From assembly GCA_030689605.1 (NCBI GenBank), contig JAUYFT010000011.1, positions 1 to 50,006 of the forward strand: a DNA stretch of 50,006 bases, written 5' to 3'. Position numbers and translations under genes: made by a program. The notes beneath the pieces were generated by a model, which did no database searches, had not been told where the DNA came from, and was given only the letters and a program-made list of their open reading frames with translations. The number at the start of each line of letters is the position of its first letter. Within the stretch, counting starts at the first letter, position 1. Below, in pieces: positions 16,776 through 25,049 of the stretch. The DNA comes from a bacterium. Its GTDB lineage: Bacteria > Patescibacteriota > Patescibacteriia > PEXW01.

Positions 16776-17306
16776 TTATACTTGGTACACTCGAATCCTA
16801 CTAGATTTGGGGTTACTTGGGTTTAGCACAATCTCTTTTAATTCCTTTTCGCCATCAATTTTGTCCCCAAGTGTGATCACAATAGTCCCGGGTTCACACT
16901 CTTTTCTAATTTTAACCCACGTCTTATCTAACACTGGTTTGACGAGAAAAAGGTAGATCATTGTTGCCCGAGAAATATTCACAGTGAAAAAATCTTGACG
17001 GACAAACGTTATCTTCGATTTGATAAATTTTGCTTTTAGTCGAGCATACCAAACATGCAAAGGGGAAAGCTCAACCCCAATGATTTCCTTAGGACGATAC
17101 TTTTCAGCTTCAAATAGGAAATCACCTTTACCGCAGCCAAGGTCAAACAATACTGTTTGCGAGGTAATCTGCACTTCTTTAAAAATAATCGGGACGTAAC
17201 GCCGAGCGGTCGCAATAAACGGTACGTGGGCTCGAAAGTAAAGAGCCACCAGGTACAACAGGTACAGAGGCAGCAACGAAAATATAATGTAGATCGCGAG
17301 CTTCAT
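16776..17306 (-). CDS. Membrane-anchored class I SAM-dependent methyltransferase
   Basis: VLFDLGCGKGDFLFEA (motif I) follows an N-terminal TM helix. The start was trimmed to ATG 17306 (MKLAIYIIF). The gene is visibly more AT-rich than its neighbours. Confidence 0.65.
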   Translation of the reverse strand: MKLAIYIIFSLLPLYLLYLVALYFRAHVPFIATARRYVPIIFKEVQITSQTVLFDLGCGKGDFLFEAEKYRPKEIIGVELSPLHVWYARLKAKFIKSKITFVRQDFFTVNISRATMIYLFLVKPVLDKTWVKIRKECEPGTIVITLGDKIDGEKELKEIVLNPSNPKSSRIRVYQV

Positions 17307-17335
17307 AAAATAATTTTGAGAAAACTCTACTTTTA

Positions 17336-19057
17336 CTAAGAAATATGCAAATCCACAACCTTCAGCTGCAGCTCGGCGGTACCGTTCCACTCGTTCCGGT
17401 CCACGGTGAAGACGGCATCAATCTTGTCGCCAATGGTAATCGTCTTACCGTACTTCTCTCCCCCACCGAATGAAATGAATTTGCGCGGTTCGGGTACGGT
17501 GTGGTTCACGACAATGCGCAAGTGCTTGCCTTCCTTACCCACGGGCTGAAGCTCGGTTACGATCATGCCCCGACAGCTGAATGTTGGTTTGGGGTTACCT
17601 TCACCGTACGGTTCCAGTAGTTCTATCGTGTCGAGCAGTGACCAGGTGACATCCGGCAAGGCGAGATCAATATCGACACGCACAACATCCTGCAAGTCTT
17701 TCTCGGTAAGCCGCTTCGCAGCATCTTCCTCCATACCTTTCACAAAGGCGGGCGCGTTCTCCGCGGGCATGGTAAAGCCGCACGCCCCAGCATGGCCGCC
17801 GAACCGCGTGAGCAACTGTTTGTGCCGGAGCAGTGCGTCAGTAATGTCGTAGCCCGGGATGCTGCGGCCCGAACCGACGACTTCCTCACCTTGTTTGGCC
17901 ATAACCAGCACTGGCCGGTGGTTCGCATCTGCCAACTTCCCAGCGACGAGGCCGACGACGCCGACTGGCCACCCTTCCCCTACAGCCGCGAGCAGCTTCC
18001 GCGCTGGGGTGACGGTGCCGATGGACTTCTTCGCTTGGTTGACGATTGTCTCCGTGAGTTTCTGCCGGTCGACGTTTGACTGGTTCAACGCCGCCGCTAT
18101 AGCCGTCGCCTCTTCCGCGTCCGTGCTAATGAGCAAACGGAATGCCGTGCTGGCATGATCCATCCTGCCTGCTGCGTTCAGACGCGGGCCAATTTGGAAG
18201 CCAATGGTCGTGGTGTCAAAATTCTCCTGCCGCGAGCTCATGGCTTCGGCGAGGGCGCGGATCCCTGGCCGCGGCGACTTGCGCAGCACGACCAAGCCGT
18301 ACTTCACCAGCGTCCGGTTCTCCCCAACGAGCGGCATGAAATCGGTCACGGTACTAATGGCTACGTAATCCAGCAGCCACTTCTCAAAACCTTCTTTCGT
18401 TTGGCCGCCAACGGTCTCGCCGACAGAACTCCGAATCAAAGCCTGGGCAACTTTGAACGCCACACCTGACCCAGCCAAGTGCGGGAAGGGGTAGCCACTG
18501 TCTTTGAGCTGCGGATTGATGATAGCGAACGCGGCTGGCCGCTTGGCTGGTTCGTGATGGTGGTCAGTGATGATGACGTCCATGCCCAACTCGGTCGCCC
18601 GCGCAACTTCATCGTGGTTGCTGGTGCCGCAGTCGCAGGTGATAATGAGGTTTGCCTTGTGGACGTCGTGCAGGTGATCGATGGTCTGCAGGTTCAAGCC
18701 GTAGCCTTCCCGCTCGCGGTGCGGCAGGTACACGTCAACATCAGCCCCTAGCGCCCGAAGCGTCGTGATGAGCACGGCCGATGAGCAAACGCCGTCGGCA
18801 TCGTAGTCGCCGTGAACTATAATCTTCTCCTTGGCGGCAATGCCAGCGAGGATGCGGTCGACGACTTTCCGCATCTGGGTGAAGAGGAATGGATCGTGGA
18901 TGTCCCCGCCCCAGTCCGGGTTCAGGAACTCATCAATCGCCGTTTGTTCACGCAGACCACGGTTCCACAAGAGTTGCAGGGTTATGGGATTGAGTTCCGG
19001 AAACTGCGATTTGAACTCGGTCGATACCAGCTCGGCGACACGCCAGACTTTTTCCAT
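17336..19057 (-). CDS. recJ: Single-stranded-DNA-specific exonuclease RecJ
   Basis: DHH-family motifs VHGDYDADGVCSS, ITCDCGTS, ITDHHHEP, and the DHHA1 region GGHAGACGF. 573 aa. Confidence 0.9.
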   Translation of the reverse strand: MEKVWRVAELVSTEFKSQFPELNPITLQLLWNRGLREQTAIDEFLNPDWGGDIHDPFLFTQMRKVVDRILAGIAAKEKIIVHGDYDADGVCSSAVLITTLRALGADVDVYLPHREREGYGLNLQTIDHLHDVHKANLIITCDCGTSNHDEVARATELGMDVIITDHHHEPAKRPAAFAIINPQLKDSGYPFPHLAGSGVAFKVAQALIRSSVGETVGGQTKEGFEKWLLDYVAISTVTDFMPLVGENRTLVKYGLVVLRKSPRPGIRALAEAMSSRQENFDTTTIGFQIGPRLNAAGRMDHASTAFRLLISTDAEEATAIAAALNQSNVDRQKLTETIVNQAKKSIGTVTPARKLLAAVGEGWPVGVVGLVAGKLADANHRPVLVMAKQGEEVVGSGRSIPGYDITDALLRHKQLLTRFGGHAGACGFTMPAENAPAFVKGMEEDAAKRLTEKDLQDVVRVDIDLALPDVTWSLLDTIELLEPYGEGNPKPTFSCRGMIVTELQPVGKEGKHLRIVVNHTVPEPRKFISFGGGEKYGKTITIGDKIDAVFTVDRNEWNGTAELQLKVVDLHIS

Positions 19058-19066
19058 AGTGTAGAT

Positions 19067-19075
19067 AGTATAGCA
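19067..19075 (-). promoter_or_regulatory. Extended -10 element TGCTATACT, 9 nt upstream of the recJ ATG
   Basis: The minus strand reads TGCTATACT-atctacact-ATG. Confidence 0.35.
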
Positions 19076-19092
19076 AAGACCGGACTACCCCG

Positions 19093-19123
19093 AAAAAAAC
19101 CCGCTGCTCTACCAAGTAGCGGG
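19093..19123 (-). terminator. Intrinsic terminator CCCGCU-loop-AGCGGG + U7 closing the acd-kor operon
   Basis: Stem within 19100-19123. The plus-strand A7 run 19093-19099 gives U7 on the minus strand. It begins 1 nt after the stop of the 60-aa ORF. Confidence 0.75.
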
Positions 19124-19124
19124 T

Positions 19125-19307
19125 TCAGGTAGGGGCACAATGACCTGACTGAATGTACAGCAACATACCATCAATACCCTTCTCTGCAACTTCAGCTGCG
19201 GCGTCGGTAAATGTCGTGGCCTTAAGCTGGATAGACTTCTGGCCATGACCAGTATCGACAACGGCGAAGAACGTATCGCCCTCTGCGCACATGCCGGGTG
19301 GGCACAT
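19125..19307 (-). CDS. Small (60 aa) Cys-containing protein of unknown function, last gene of the kor operon
   Basis: MCPPGMCAEGDTFFAVVDTGHGQKSIQLKATTFTDAAAEVAEKGIDGMLLYIQSGHCAPT. Strong SD AGGAGGA (19319-19313) 5 nt before the ATG, and a terminator right after the stop. Only the last 60 codons of the listed 114-aa ORF are used. Confidence 0.5.
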   Translation of the reverse strand: MCPPGMCAEGDTFFAVVDTGHGQKSIQLKATTFTDAAAEVAEKGIDGMLLYIQSGHCAPT

Positions 19308-19326
19308 TGGAATCCTCCTGTGGGTT

Positions 19327-20193
19327 TTAGGTAAAAGACTGGAGCGTTTTTGAAATGTCGATTGTATCAATCCGCCGGGTGGCCAGCGGTTCGCCGTCAA
19401 GCTCGTGGACACGGTCAACCCACGTTGGTCGGATTTCCCGATACAGCAAGCCAGTGGGGATTTTATCACCCCACTCTAGCGCTCGGGCAAAGGCTTCGTA
19501 CTTGTTGCTGAAGTCGTGCTGCACCGACTCGACCTTGTAGACGCGCTTGAAGAACCAGCTAAAGGTATTGTGGTGGTTGAACGTCACGCACGGCTGCAGC
19601 ACGTTTACGTGGCTAAAGCCCGGGTGCTTCACCGCGTCGACGATGAGCTGGGTAAGCTGGCCGACGTCACCGGCAAAGCCCTGGCTGACGAACGACCCGC
19701 CGGCAGCAATGGCTAAAGCGACCGGATTGAGTGCTTGATCGACGGTGCCTTCGGGTGTGCTGGATGTGGGTTGGCCAAGCTCGGTGGTGGGCGCCATCTG
19801 CCCTTTCGTCAAGCCGTACACCTGGTTGTCATGGACAATGTAGGTAATATCAACGTTGCCGCGGAGCGCGTGGATAAAGTGGTTGCCACCTTCGCCGTAG
19901 CCATCACCATCACCACCCACGACAATAACCTTAAGATTCTTGTTAGCTAATTTCGCGCCAATTGCTGCTGGCAGCGCTCGGCCGTGTAAACCATGGAAGC
20001 CGTACGATTTTATGAAGCTAGACATGTTGCCGGAGCAGCCAATGCCGTAGACAATGAGCACGTTCGAGGGCTTCATCTCCAGTGCCGCAAGCGCGTTCTT
20101 CAAAGCCGTCCAAATGCCAAAGTCGCCGCAGCCCGGGCACCACGTGGGAAAATGTGTAGTATTAAAGTCCGTGTTCTTGAGCGGCGTGGTCAT
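19327..20193 (-). CDS. korB: 2-oxoacid:ferredoxin oxidoreductase, beta (TPP-binding) subunit
   Basis: TWCPGCGDFGIW and the TPP motif VVGGDGDGYGEGGNH. The start was trimmed to ATG 20193 (MTTPLKN), 2 nt after the korA stop. Confidence 0.85.
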   Translation of the reverse strand: MTTPLKNTDFNTTHFPTWCPGCGDFGIWTALKNALAALEMKPSNVLIVYGIGCSGNMSSFIKSYGFHGLHGRALPAAIGAKLANKNLKVIVVGGDGDGYGEGGNHFIHALRGNVDITYIVHDNQVYGLTKGQMAPTTELGQPTSSTPEGTVDQALNPVALAIAAGGSFVSQGFAGDVGQLTQLIVDAVKHPGFSHVNVLQPCVTFNHHNTFSWFFKRVYKVESVQHDFSNKYEAFARALEWGDKIPTGLLYREIRPTWVDRVHELDGEPLATRRIDTIDISKTLQSFT

Positions 20194-20195
20194 AT

Positions 20196-21947
20196 CTAGT
20201 GCAGTGAAGTCACAAACGAAACAATGTCTTCTGGCCAGAACGGCCGACCGTCGAACTTCAGCAGTTGGTGGTCGCACCGCTTGCCCGTGTACCCGGCGAT
20301 GACGCTGCCCAGCTGGCCGCTGCTGTTTGTCTCGACGAGGATCGTGCGCTTGGCACTAGCGAAAGCTTTAGTCACCTCCTCGGTTGGGAAGGGTAAAATG
20401 TATAGAATTTGCAGGATGTTTGCCGTGACCCCAGCCGTGCGGAGCTTCCGCAGGGCTTCGCGGCAGGAAATCGTCGTAGAACCCCAGGTGACGAGTGTCA
20501 CGTCTGCGCCAGGCTCGCCCCACAGGATGGTACGCGGCGGCAGGTGTGGCAAGGCTGATTCAAGCTTGCGATTCCGTTTCGCCACTTGCATCAGACGATT
20601 TACAGCCGTTTCATCAGCAAATCCGTACTGGTCATGCTCATCCGAGTTTGCCAAGAACACTCCGCCAGCCTGACCAGGCACCGGTCGGGGCGTGACTCCG
20701 CTTGGCGTGTCGGCGTAACGACCGTACCAGTCTTTGCCCTGGTGCTCGTGAGGAGCCACGAAGCCGCCGCGCTGCATCGGCACGGCGCCGCGGTCGAACA
20801 GCGGCGTGCTCCAGTGACCTTCGGCTAGGTACTTATCGGTAAGGATGATGACGGGGAGATGATAGTGCTCGGCTAACTGCAGCGCCCGCGCCGACTCGGT
20901 GAAGGCTTGGGTTGGGTCTCCTGGTGCCACGACAATACGCGGGAAGTCTCCTTGCGAGGCGTGCATGACAAAACGGAGATCGCCTTGCTCGGTCCACGTT
21001 GGCAAACCAGTGGCTGGCCCTGGCCGTTGCGCATTCACAATGACGAGCGGCGTCTCGGTAATTGCGGCCAGACCCAAGCCTTCCACCATGAGCGAGAATC
21101 CCCCACCGGATGTGCCGCACGCGGCTCGGCTGCCAGCGAATGAGGCACCAATGGCGTTGTTCACCGCCGCAATTTCATCCTCGGCATGCTTGGCCACAAT
21201 ATTGTACTTCGGGGCCAGCTCGGCGAGCGTCGTAAGAATTGATGACGCCGGGGTCATGGGGTAAGCAGAGTAGAAGGTCAACCCACCCTGCAGGAAGCCG
21301 AGCGCAATGGCACTGTTCCCATCGATGACCATGCGCGGCTCTTGCGGCTTGGGCATGATGCTCCACGGGAACTTCGCCGGGTGCTGCTCGCGGACGTGCG
21401 CATAACCGGCTTTGCAAATCTTCTGGTTGAGCTGCACCACGGCATCCCCTTTCTCACCAAAGGTGTCTTTGAAAATTTCATCCATCAGATCCATGGGTGC
21501 GTCGAGTAAAGCCAAGGTCGCGCCGAGCGCCACCGTGTTCTGCATTAAATCTTTGCCGCCTTCTTGCAACGCCAGCTTCACCAACGGCACCGGCACGAGC
21601 TGGATGTCCTTGCGGCCGCCGAGCATGGCGTCGTTGATGGTGAGCCGGTCGGGGTCGAAAATTATGGCACCCTGCGAGGACATTTCGGCCACATGCTTGC
21701 GGACCGTGTCCTCGTTGAGGGCCACGAGGATTTCATTACCCTGGTCGTGCGAGAAAATTTGCTCGTCGTCAACCTGGACGACCTGGACGTTATGCCCGCC
21801 ACGGATGAGGCTGGGGTACTCGCTGTAGTCCACAGACCACAAGCCCGCCCGCGTCACGTACTTCGCGAGCATTGCGCCCGTCACCATAATGCCGTTCCCT
21901 GCTGCCCCGCCAATTTTCCAGGTGAATTTGTTGACGGTTGGTTTCAT
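20196..21947 (-). CDS. korA: 2-oxoacid:ferredoxin oxidoreductase, fused gamma-alpha subunit
   Basis: N-terminal gamma-like KIGGAAGNGIMVTGAML...YPSLIRGGHN, followed by the alpha domain GNSAIALG..YPMTPAS..AEDEIAA. 583 aa. Substrate (pyruvate vs 2-oxoglutarate vs broad) is not assignable by eye. Confidence 0.85.
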   Translation of the reverse strand: MKPTVNKFTWKIGGAAGNGIMVTGAMLAKYVTRAGLWSVDYSEYPSLIRGGHNVQVVQVDDEQIFSHDQGNEILVALNEDTVRKHVAEMSSQGAIIFDPDRLTINDAMLGGRKDIQLVPVPLVKLALQEGGKDLMQNTVALGATLALLDAPMDLMDEIFKDTFGEKGDAVVQLNQKICKAGYAHVREQHPAKFPWSIMPKPQEPRMVIDGNSAIALGFLQGGLTFYSAYPMTPASSILTTLAELAPKYNIVAKHAEDEIAAVNNAIGASFAGSRAACGTSGGGFSLMVEGLGLAAITETPLVIVNAQRPGPATGLPTWTEQGDLRFVMHASQGDFPRIVVAPGDPTQAFTESARALQLAEHYHLPVIILTDKYLAEGHWSTPLFDRGAVPMQRGGFVAPHEHQGKDWYGRYADTPSGVTPRPVPGQAGGVFLANSDEHDQYGFADETAVNRLMQVAKRNRKLESALPHLPPRTILWGEPGADVTLVTWGSTTISCREALRKLRTAGVTANILQILYILPFPTEEVTKAFASAKRTILVETNSSGQLGSVIAGYTGKRCDHQLLKFDGRPFWPEDIVSFVTSLH

Positions 21948-21953
21948 AACAGC

Positions 21954-21962
21954 AGTATACCA
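21954..21962 (-). promoter_or_regulatory. Extended -10 element TGGTATACT, 6 nt upstream of the korA ATG (leaderless configuration)
   Basis: The minus strand reads TGGTATACT-gctgtt-ATG. Identical 9-mer to the one before acd. Confidence 0.45.
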
Positions 21963-21968
21963 CGCCCC

Positions 21969-22253
21969 TCACCCAACAATGGCATCTTTTATCCGCTGCA
22001 TCTCGGCCTCGATGAGCGGGCCATCGTACTCGCCGGCGTGCGCGCTCGTGCCCTCGTAGGTCGGCGCTTTGGCGTCCAGGTGGACGCTCACCCGAATCTG
22101 CTCGCCCTGCACCTCGGCGTACACGTGGTAACGCGGAAAGGTTCCAGGCCCGGCGCGCTTGGCATAGCTGCCATTCCGCTCCAGGTGGTAGCCCAGACGC
22201 GTGAAAAAAACTCGAATGTTACCGAGGCTGGTAATTGAAAACTTGGCATTCAT
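21969..22253 (-). CDS. Hypothetical 94-aa protein, translationally coupled to acd
   Basis: ATG 22253 overlaps the acd TGA (ATGA). MNAKFSITSLGNIRVFFTRLGYHLERNG...HVYAEVQGEQIRVSVHLDAKAPTYEGTSAHAGEYDGPLIEAEMQRI. No family recognised. Confidence 0.5.
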   Translation of the reverse strand: MNAKFSITSLGNIRVFFTRLGYHLERNGSYAKRAGPGTFPRYHVYAEVQGEQIRVSVHLDAKAPTYEGTSAHAGEYDGPLIEAEMQRIKDAIVG

Positions 22254-24304
22254 ATTTTTATGAACGTCAGACGCGCGTCGATAATGGTCGCGCTGCTGTG
22301 CGAGACGAGGACGGGGTTGCAATCAACTGACTGTACCTCTGGTCGGACGGCAATGAAGTTGCTCAAATTGACAATGAGTTTCTGGAGTGAATCATTTGCG
22401 AAGGTTTGCCCGCGCACGCCGCGTAAAATTGCCCACACCTTGCTCCGTTCCAGAAATACTTTCGCATCGGCGAGCGTCATGGGTGCGCACGCGTAGGTCA
22501 CGCTCCGGAGCGCTTCCACGTAAATACCACCGAACCCCAGGACGATAATTGGGCCGAACTGCGGATCACGGATTGCGCCGAGGAATACTTCCACACCGTG
22601 GGAACGTTGATCTTGGATGACGATGTGGCTCTCGGGCTTCTTGAGCTCAACCTTGAACTTCTTCGCGAAGCGCAGGTACGCCGTGCGAACCATGGCCGGG
22701 GTGTACAAATCGACGGCGACAGCACCGCGGTCAGTCTTGTGGAGTACTTTCGCCGCGTCGAGCTTTATTACCGCTGGGAAGCGTAATCGCGTGGCGACGC
22801 GCACAGCATGGTCAGCCGACTTTACAGAAAACGATGGTAAAACGGTGATGCCACCAGCGCTCAAGAACTTCCGAGCCTGCTCACCAACGGCTGTATTCTC
22901 GTGGGTTCGGAACGGCGCAAGTGAAGCTGGTAGGATTCGGATTGGTAAACCGCTTGGTCGAGTACCAACCACAAGTGCGTGCGCAGCTTTCACTGCGGCT
23001 TCAGGGAATGGGAACGTTGGGATATTCGCTTTCTGTAACTGTCGAACCGCAGCCGAGACACCTGCACCGCCAATGAATGATGTGAGGATAGGCTTCTTGG
23101 ACTTTCGTGCAATCGCTATGACTGCCTTGGCCACAGCAGTACTGCGCGTGGTGAGCTGTTCGGTGAGGACGAGCACGAGGATGTCAACGTGGGGGTCGAT
23201 GGCCAGAATTTTCAAGGCCGCGGCATACCGCTCCGGCGGCGCATCGCCTATAACGTCCACGGGATTGTGGATTGCGGCTGCTGCTGGCAGAACGCGCTGA
23301 AGTTTCTGGAGAGTGTTTTTCGATAGTTGCGCGAGTTGAAGCACCGTACCAGCAAGTGCGTCGGTGGCGAGAATGCCTGGGCCACCAGCGTTCGTGAGGA
23401 TGGCGAGGCGATTCCCCTTGGGTCGTGGCGCATTGCTGCACACCGCTGCAAGGTTGAACCACTCTTCCATAGTGTCTACGACAATGCATCCAGCTTGTCG
23501 GAGGAGTGCATCAGTGACCACGCTACTCCCCGCAAGTGCTCCGGTATGGGACTGCGCCGCTTTCGCCGCTGCAACACTCCGCCCAGCGCGCAGAACAATA
23601 ATCGGTTTCTTCGCTGCCACGCGCTGCGCCACCTGCATGAACAGCCGACCGTCGCGAATGTCTTCCAGGTAGAAGAGGATGACCTTCGTGCCTGGGTCAG
23701 CGGCAAAATATTCTAGAAGGTCAACTTCGCCGAGCATGGCCTTGTTGCCCAAACTAACGATTGCCCGAAAGCCCAGGTGCTTGCTCGCTGCCCAATCCAT
23801 CTCCGCGACGGCAATGGCACCCGACTGTGAGAGGATAGTTACGCCACCTGTTGTTGGTAGTCCTGCGCCGAACGAGGCATTAAGCTTGAGGTGCGGAAGG
23901 ACGATGCCAAGGCAGTTCGGCCCGAGCAACGGGAGACGGCCGCGCTTCGCAATGGCAATAACCTGCTGCTGTAACTTCTTCCCCTGCTCCCCTGTCTCGC
24001 CAAATCCTGCGCTAATGACCACCGCGCTCCTCGCCTTAGCGCGAACAGCGTCGACAATGACCGCTGGCACGACCGCGGCTGGCGTAACTACAATTACCAA
24101 ATCAACCTTGCGCGGCAGAGCCGTGAGGCTGGAATACGCCCGTTGCCCTTCCACGCGCTGCGCCTTTGGGTTCACCGCAAAAACCTTGCCCCGGAAACCG
24201 AAGCGCGTACAGTTTCGAAAAATGACGTTGCCGAGCTTCGACCGATCACGCGAAGCACCCACAACAGCAATGGTGCGCGGGTTGAAGAGTGGTCGAAGAT
24301 TCAT
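22250..24304 (-). CDS. Acetate--CoA ligase (ADP-forming), fused alpha/beta (CoA-binding + succinyl-CoA-synthetase-like + ATP-grasp)
   Basis: PRTIAVVGASRDRSKLGNVIFRN (CoA-binding Rossmann), ..GPNCLGI.., ..SQSGA... and a C-terminal ATP-grasp region. 684 aa. Confidence 0.85.
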   Translation of the reverse strand: MNLRPLFNPRTIAVVGASRDRSKLGNVIFRNCTRFGFRGKVFAVNPKAQRVEGQRAYSSLTALPRKVDLVIVVTPAAVVPAVIVDAVRAKARSAVVISAGFGETGEQGKKLQQQVIAIAKRGRLPLLGPNCLGIVLPHLKLNASFGAGLPTTGGVTILSQSGAIAVAEMDWAASKHLGFRAIVSLGNKAMLGEVDLLEYFAADPGTKVILFYLEDIRDGRLFMQVAQRVAAKKPIIVLRAGRSVAAAKAAQSHTGALAGSSVVTDALLRQAGCIVVDTMEEWFNLAAVCSNAPRPKGNRLAILTNAGGPGILATDALAGTVLQLAQLSKNTLQKLQRVLPAAAAIHNPVDVIGDAPPERYAAALKILAIDPHVDILVLVLTEQLTTRSTAVAKAVIAIARKSKKPILTSFIGGAGVSAAVRQLQKANIPTFPFPEAAVKAAHALVVGTRPSGLPIRILPASLAPFRTHENTAVGEQARKFLSAGGITVLPSFSVKSADHAVRVATRLRFPAVIKLDAAKVLHKTDRGAVAVDLYTPAMVRTAYLRFAKKFKVELKKPESHIVIQDQRSHGVEVFLGAIRDPQFGPIIVLGFGGIYVEALRSVTYACAPMTLADAKVFLERSKVWAILRGVRGQTFANDSLQKLIVNLSNFIAVRPEVQSVDCNPVLVSHSSATIIDARLTFIKI

Positions 24305-24310
24305 ACCTGC

Positions 24311-24319
24311 AGTATACCA
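24311..24319 (-). promoter_or_regulatory. Extended -10 element TGGTATACT, 6 nt upstream of the acd ATG (leaderless configuration)
   Basis: The minus strand reads TGGTATACT-gcaggt-ATG. Confidence 0.45.
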
Positions 24320-24359
24320 AAGAACGCCGCAGGCTGCTGCGCCGTCCTTTTCAAAATAC

Positions 24360-25037
24360 TTACGCGTTCAAACCGTCCTTTAGCTGGATGGTTTTCTTGC
24401 AAGCGTTTGCCACTTCCATGTTGTGCGTCACCATCAGGAAGGTTTGGTTGTTCTCGCGGTTAAGTTTCTTCAACAGCTCAATAATTTCAAGGGAGGTGGC
24501 GCTATCGAGTTCACCGGTTGGCTCGTCGGCAAGGATAATTGCGGGCTTGTTGACTAACGCCCGGGCAATTGCCACGCGCTGCTGCTGACCACCCGAGAGT
24601 TCGTTGGGCTTGTGGTCCATACGGTCGTGGAGGTTCATGAGCTCCAGTAACTCTTCGGCGCGGGCCTTCCGCTGCTTCAGGTTCATGCCGCCGTACTTCC
24701 CGGCTTGCATGACGTTCTCTTTCGCGGTCAACGTCGGGATGAGGTTGAAACCTTGGAAAATAAACCCAAGCTTCTTCGCACGGATGACGTTCGCCTCACG
24801 CTCTTTCATTTTCATAACGTCAATGCCGTCGAGCGTGTACTGACCTTCGTCAGGGGTATCCAGCAGACCAAGGATATGCAGGAGTGTGGACTTGCCACAG
24901 CCGGACGGACCAATGATGGCCGAGAAGTCCCCTTCAAACACGTCAATGTTCACCCCGCGCAGGGCGTGGACCGCATTCGTCTTCGTGAGCTGGTAGTGCT
25001 TCTTGAGGCCGGTGGCGTGAATGAGAACTTTAGGCAT
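24360..25037 (-). CDS. ABC transporter ATP-binding protein (MacB/LolD/FtsE-like)
   Basis: Walker A GPSGCGKST, signature LSGGQQQRVAIARAL, Walker B ILADEPTG. Confidence 0.9.
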   Translation of the reverse strand: MPKVLIHATGLKKHYQLTKTNAVHALRGVNIDVFEGDFSAIIGPSGCGKSTLLHILGLLDTPDEGQYTLDGIDVMKMKEREANVIRAKKLGFIFQGFNLIPTLTAKENVMQAGKYGGMNLKQRKARAEELLELMNLHDRMDHKPNELSGGQQQRVAIARALVNKPAIILADEPTGELDSATSLEIIELLKKLNRENNQTFLMVTHNMEVANACKKTIQLKDGLNA

Positions 25038-25049
25038 AGGGGCTGAAAA

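Noticed and set aside
19125-19469. The full 114-aa ORF overlapping the 3' end of korB.
   Set aside because: Its first 54 codons overlap korB out of frame. Only the last 60 codons, starting at an ATG with a perfect SD, are plausible.
21564-22238. A 224-aa plus-strand ORF, with similar long antisense or off-frame ORFs at 11298-11954, 14459-15115, 37386-38081, 41179-41886, 23679-24383 and 27611-28249.
   Set aside because: All lie inside, and antisense or out of frame to, confidently identified genes (korA, alaS, SPFH, hutH, racemase-GNAT, acd, Ig/C39). Long stop-free antisense frames are expected at this GC content.
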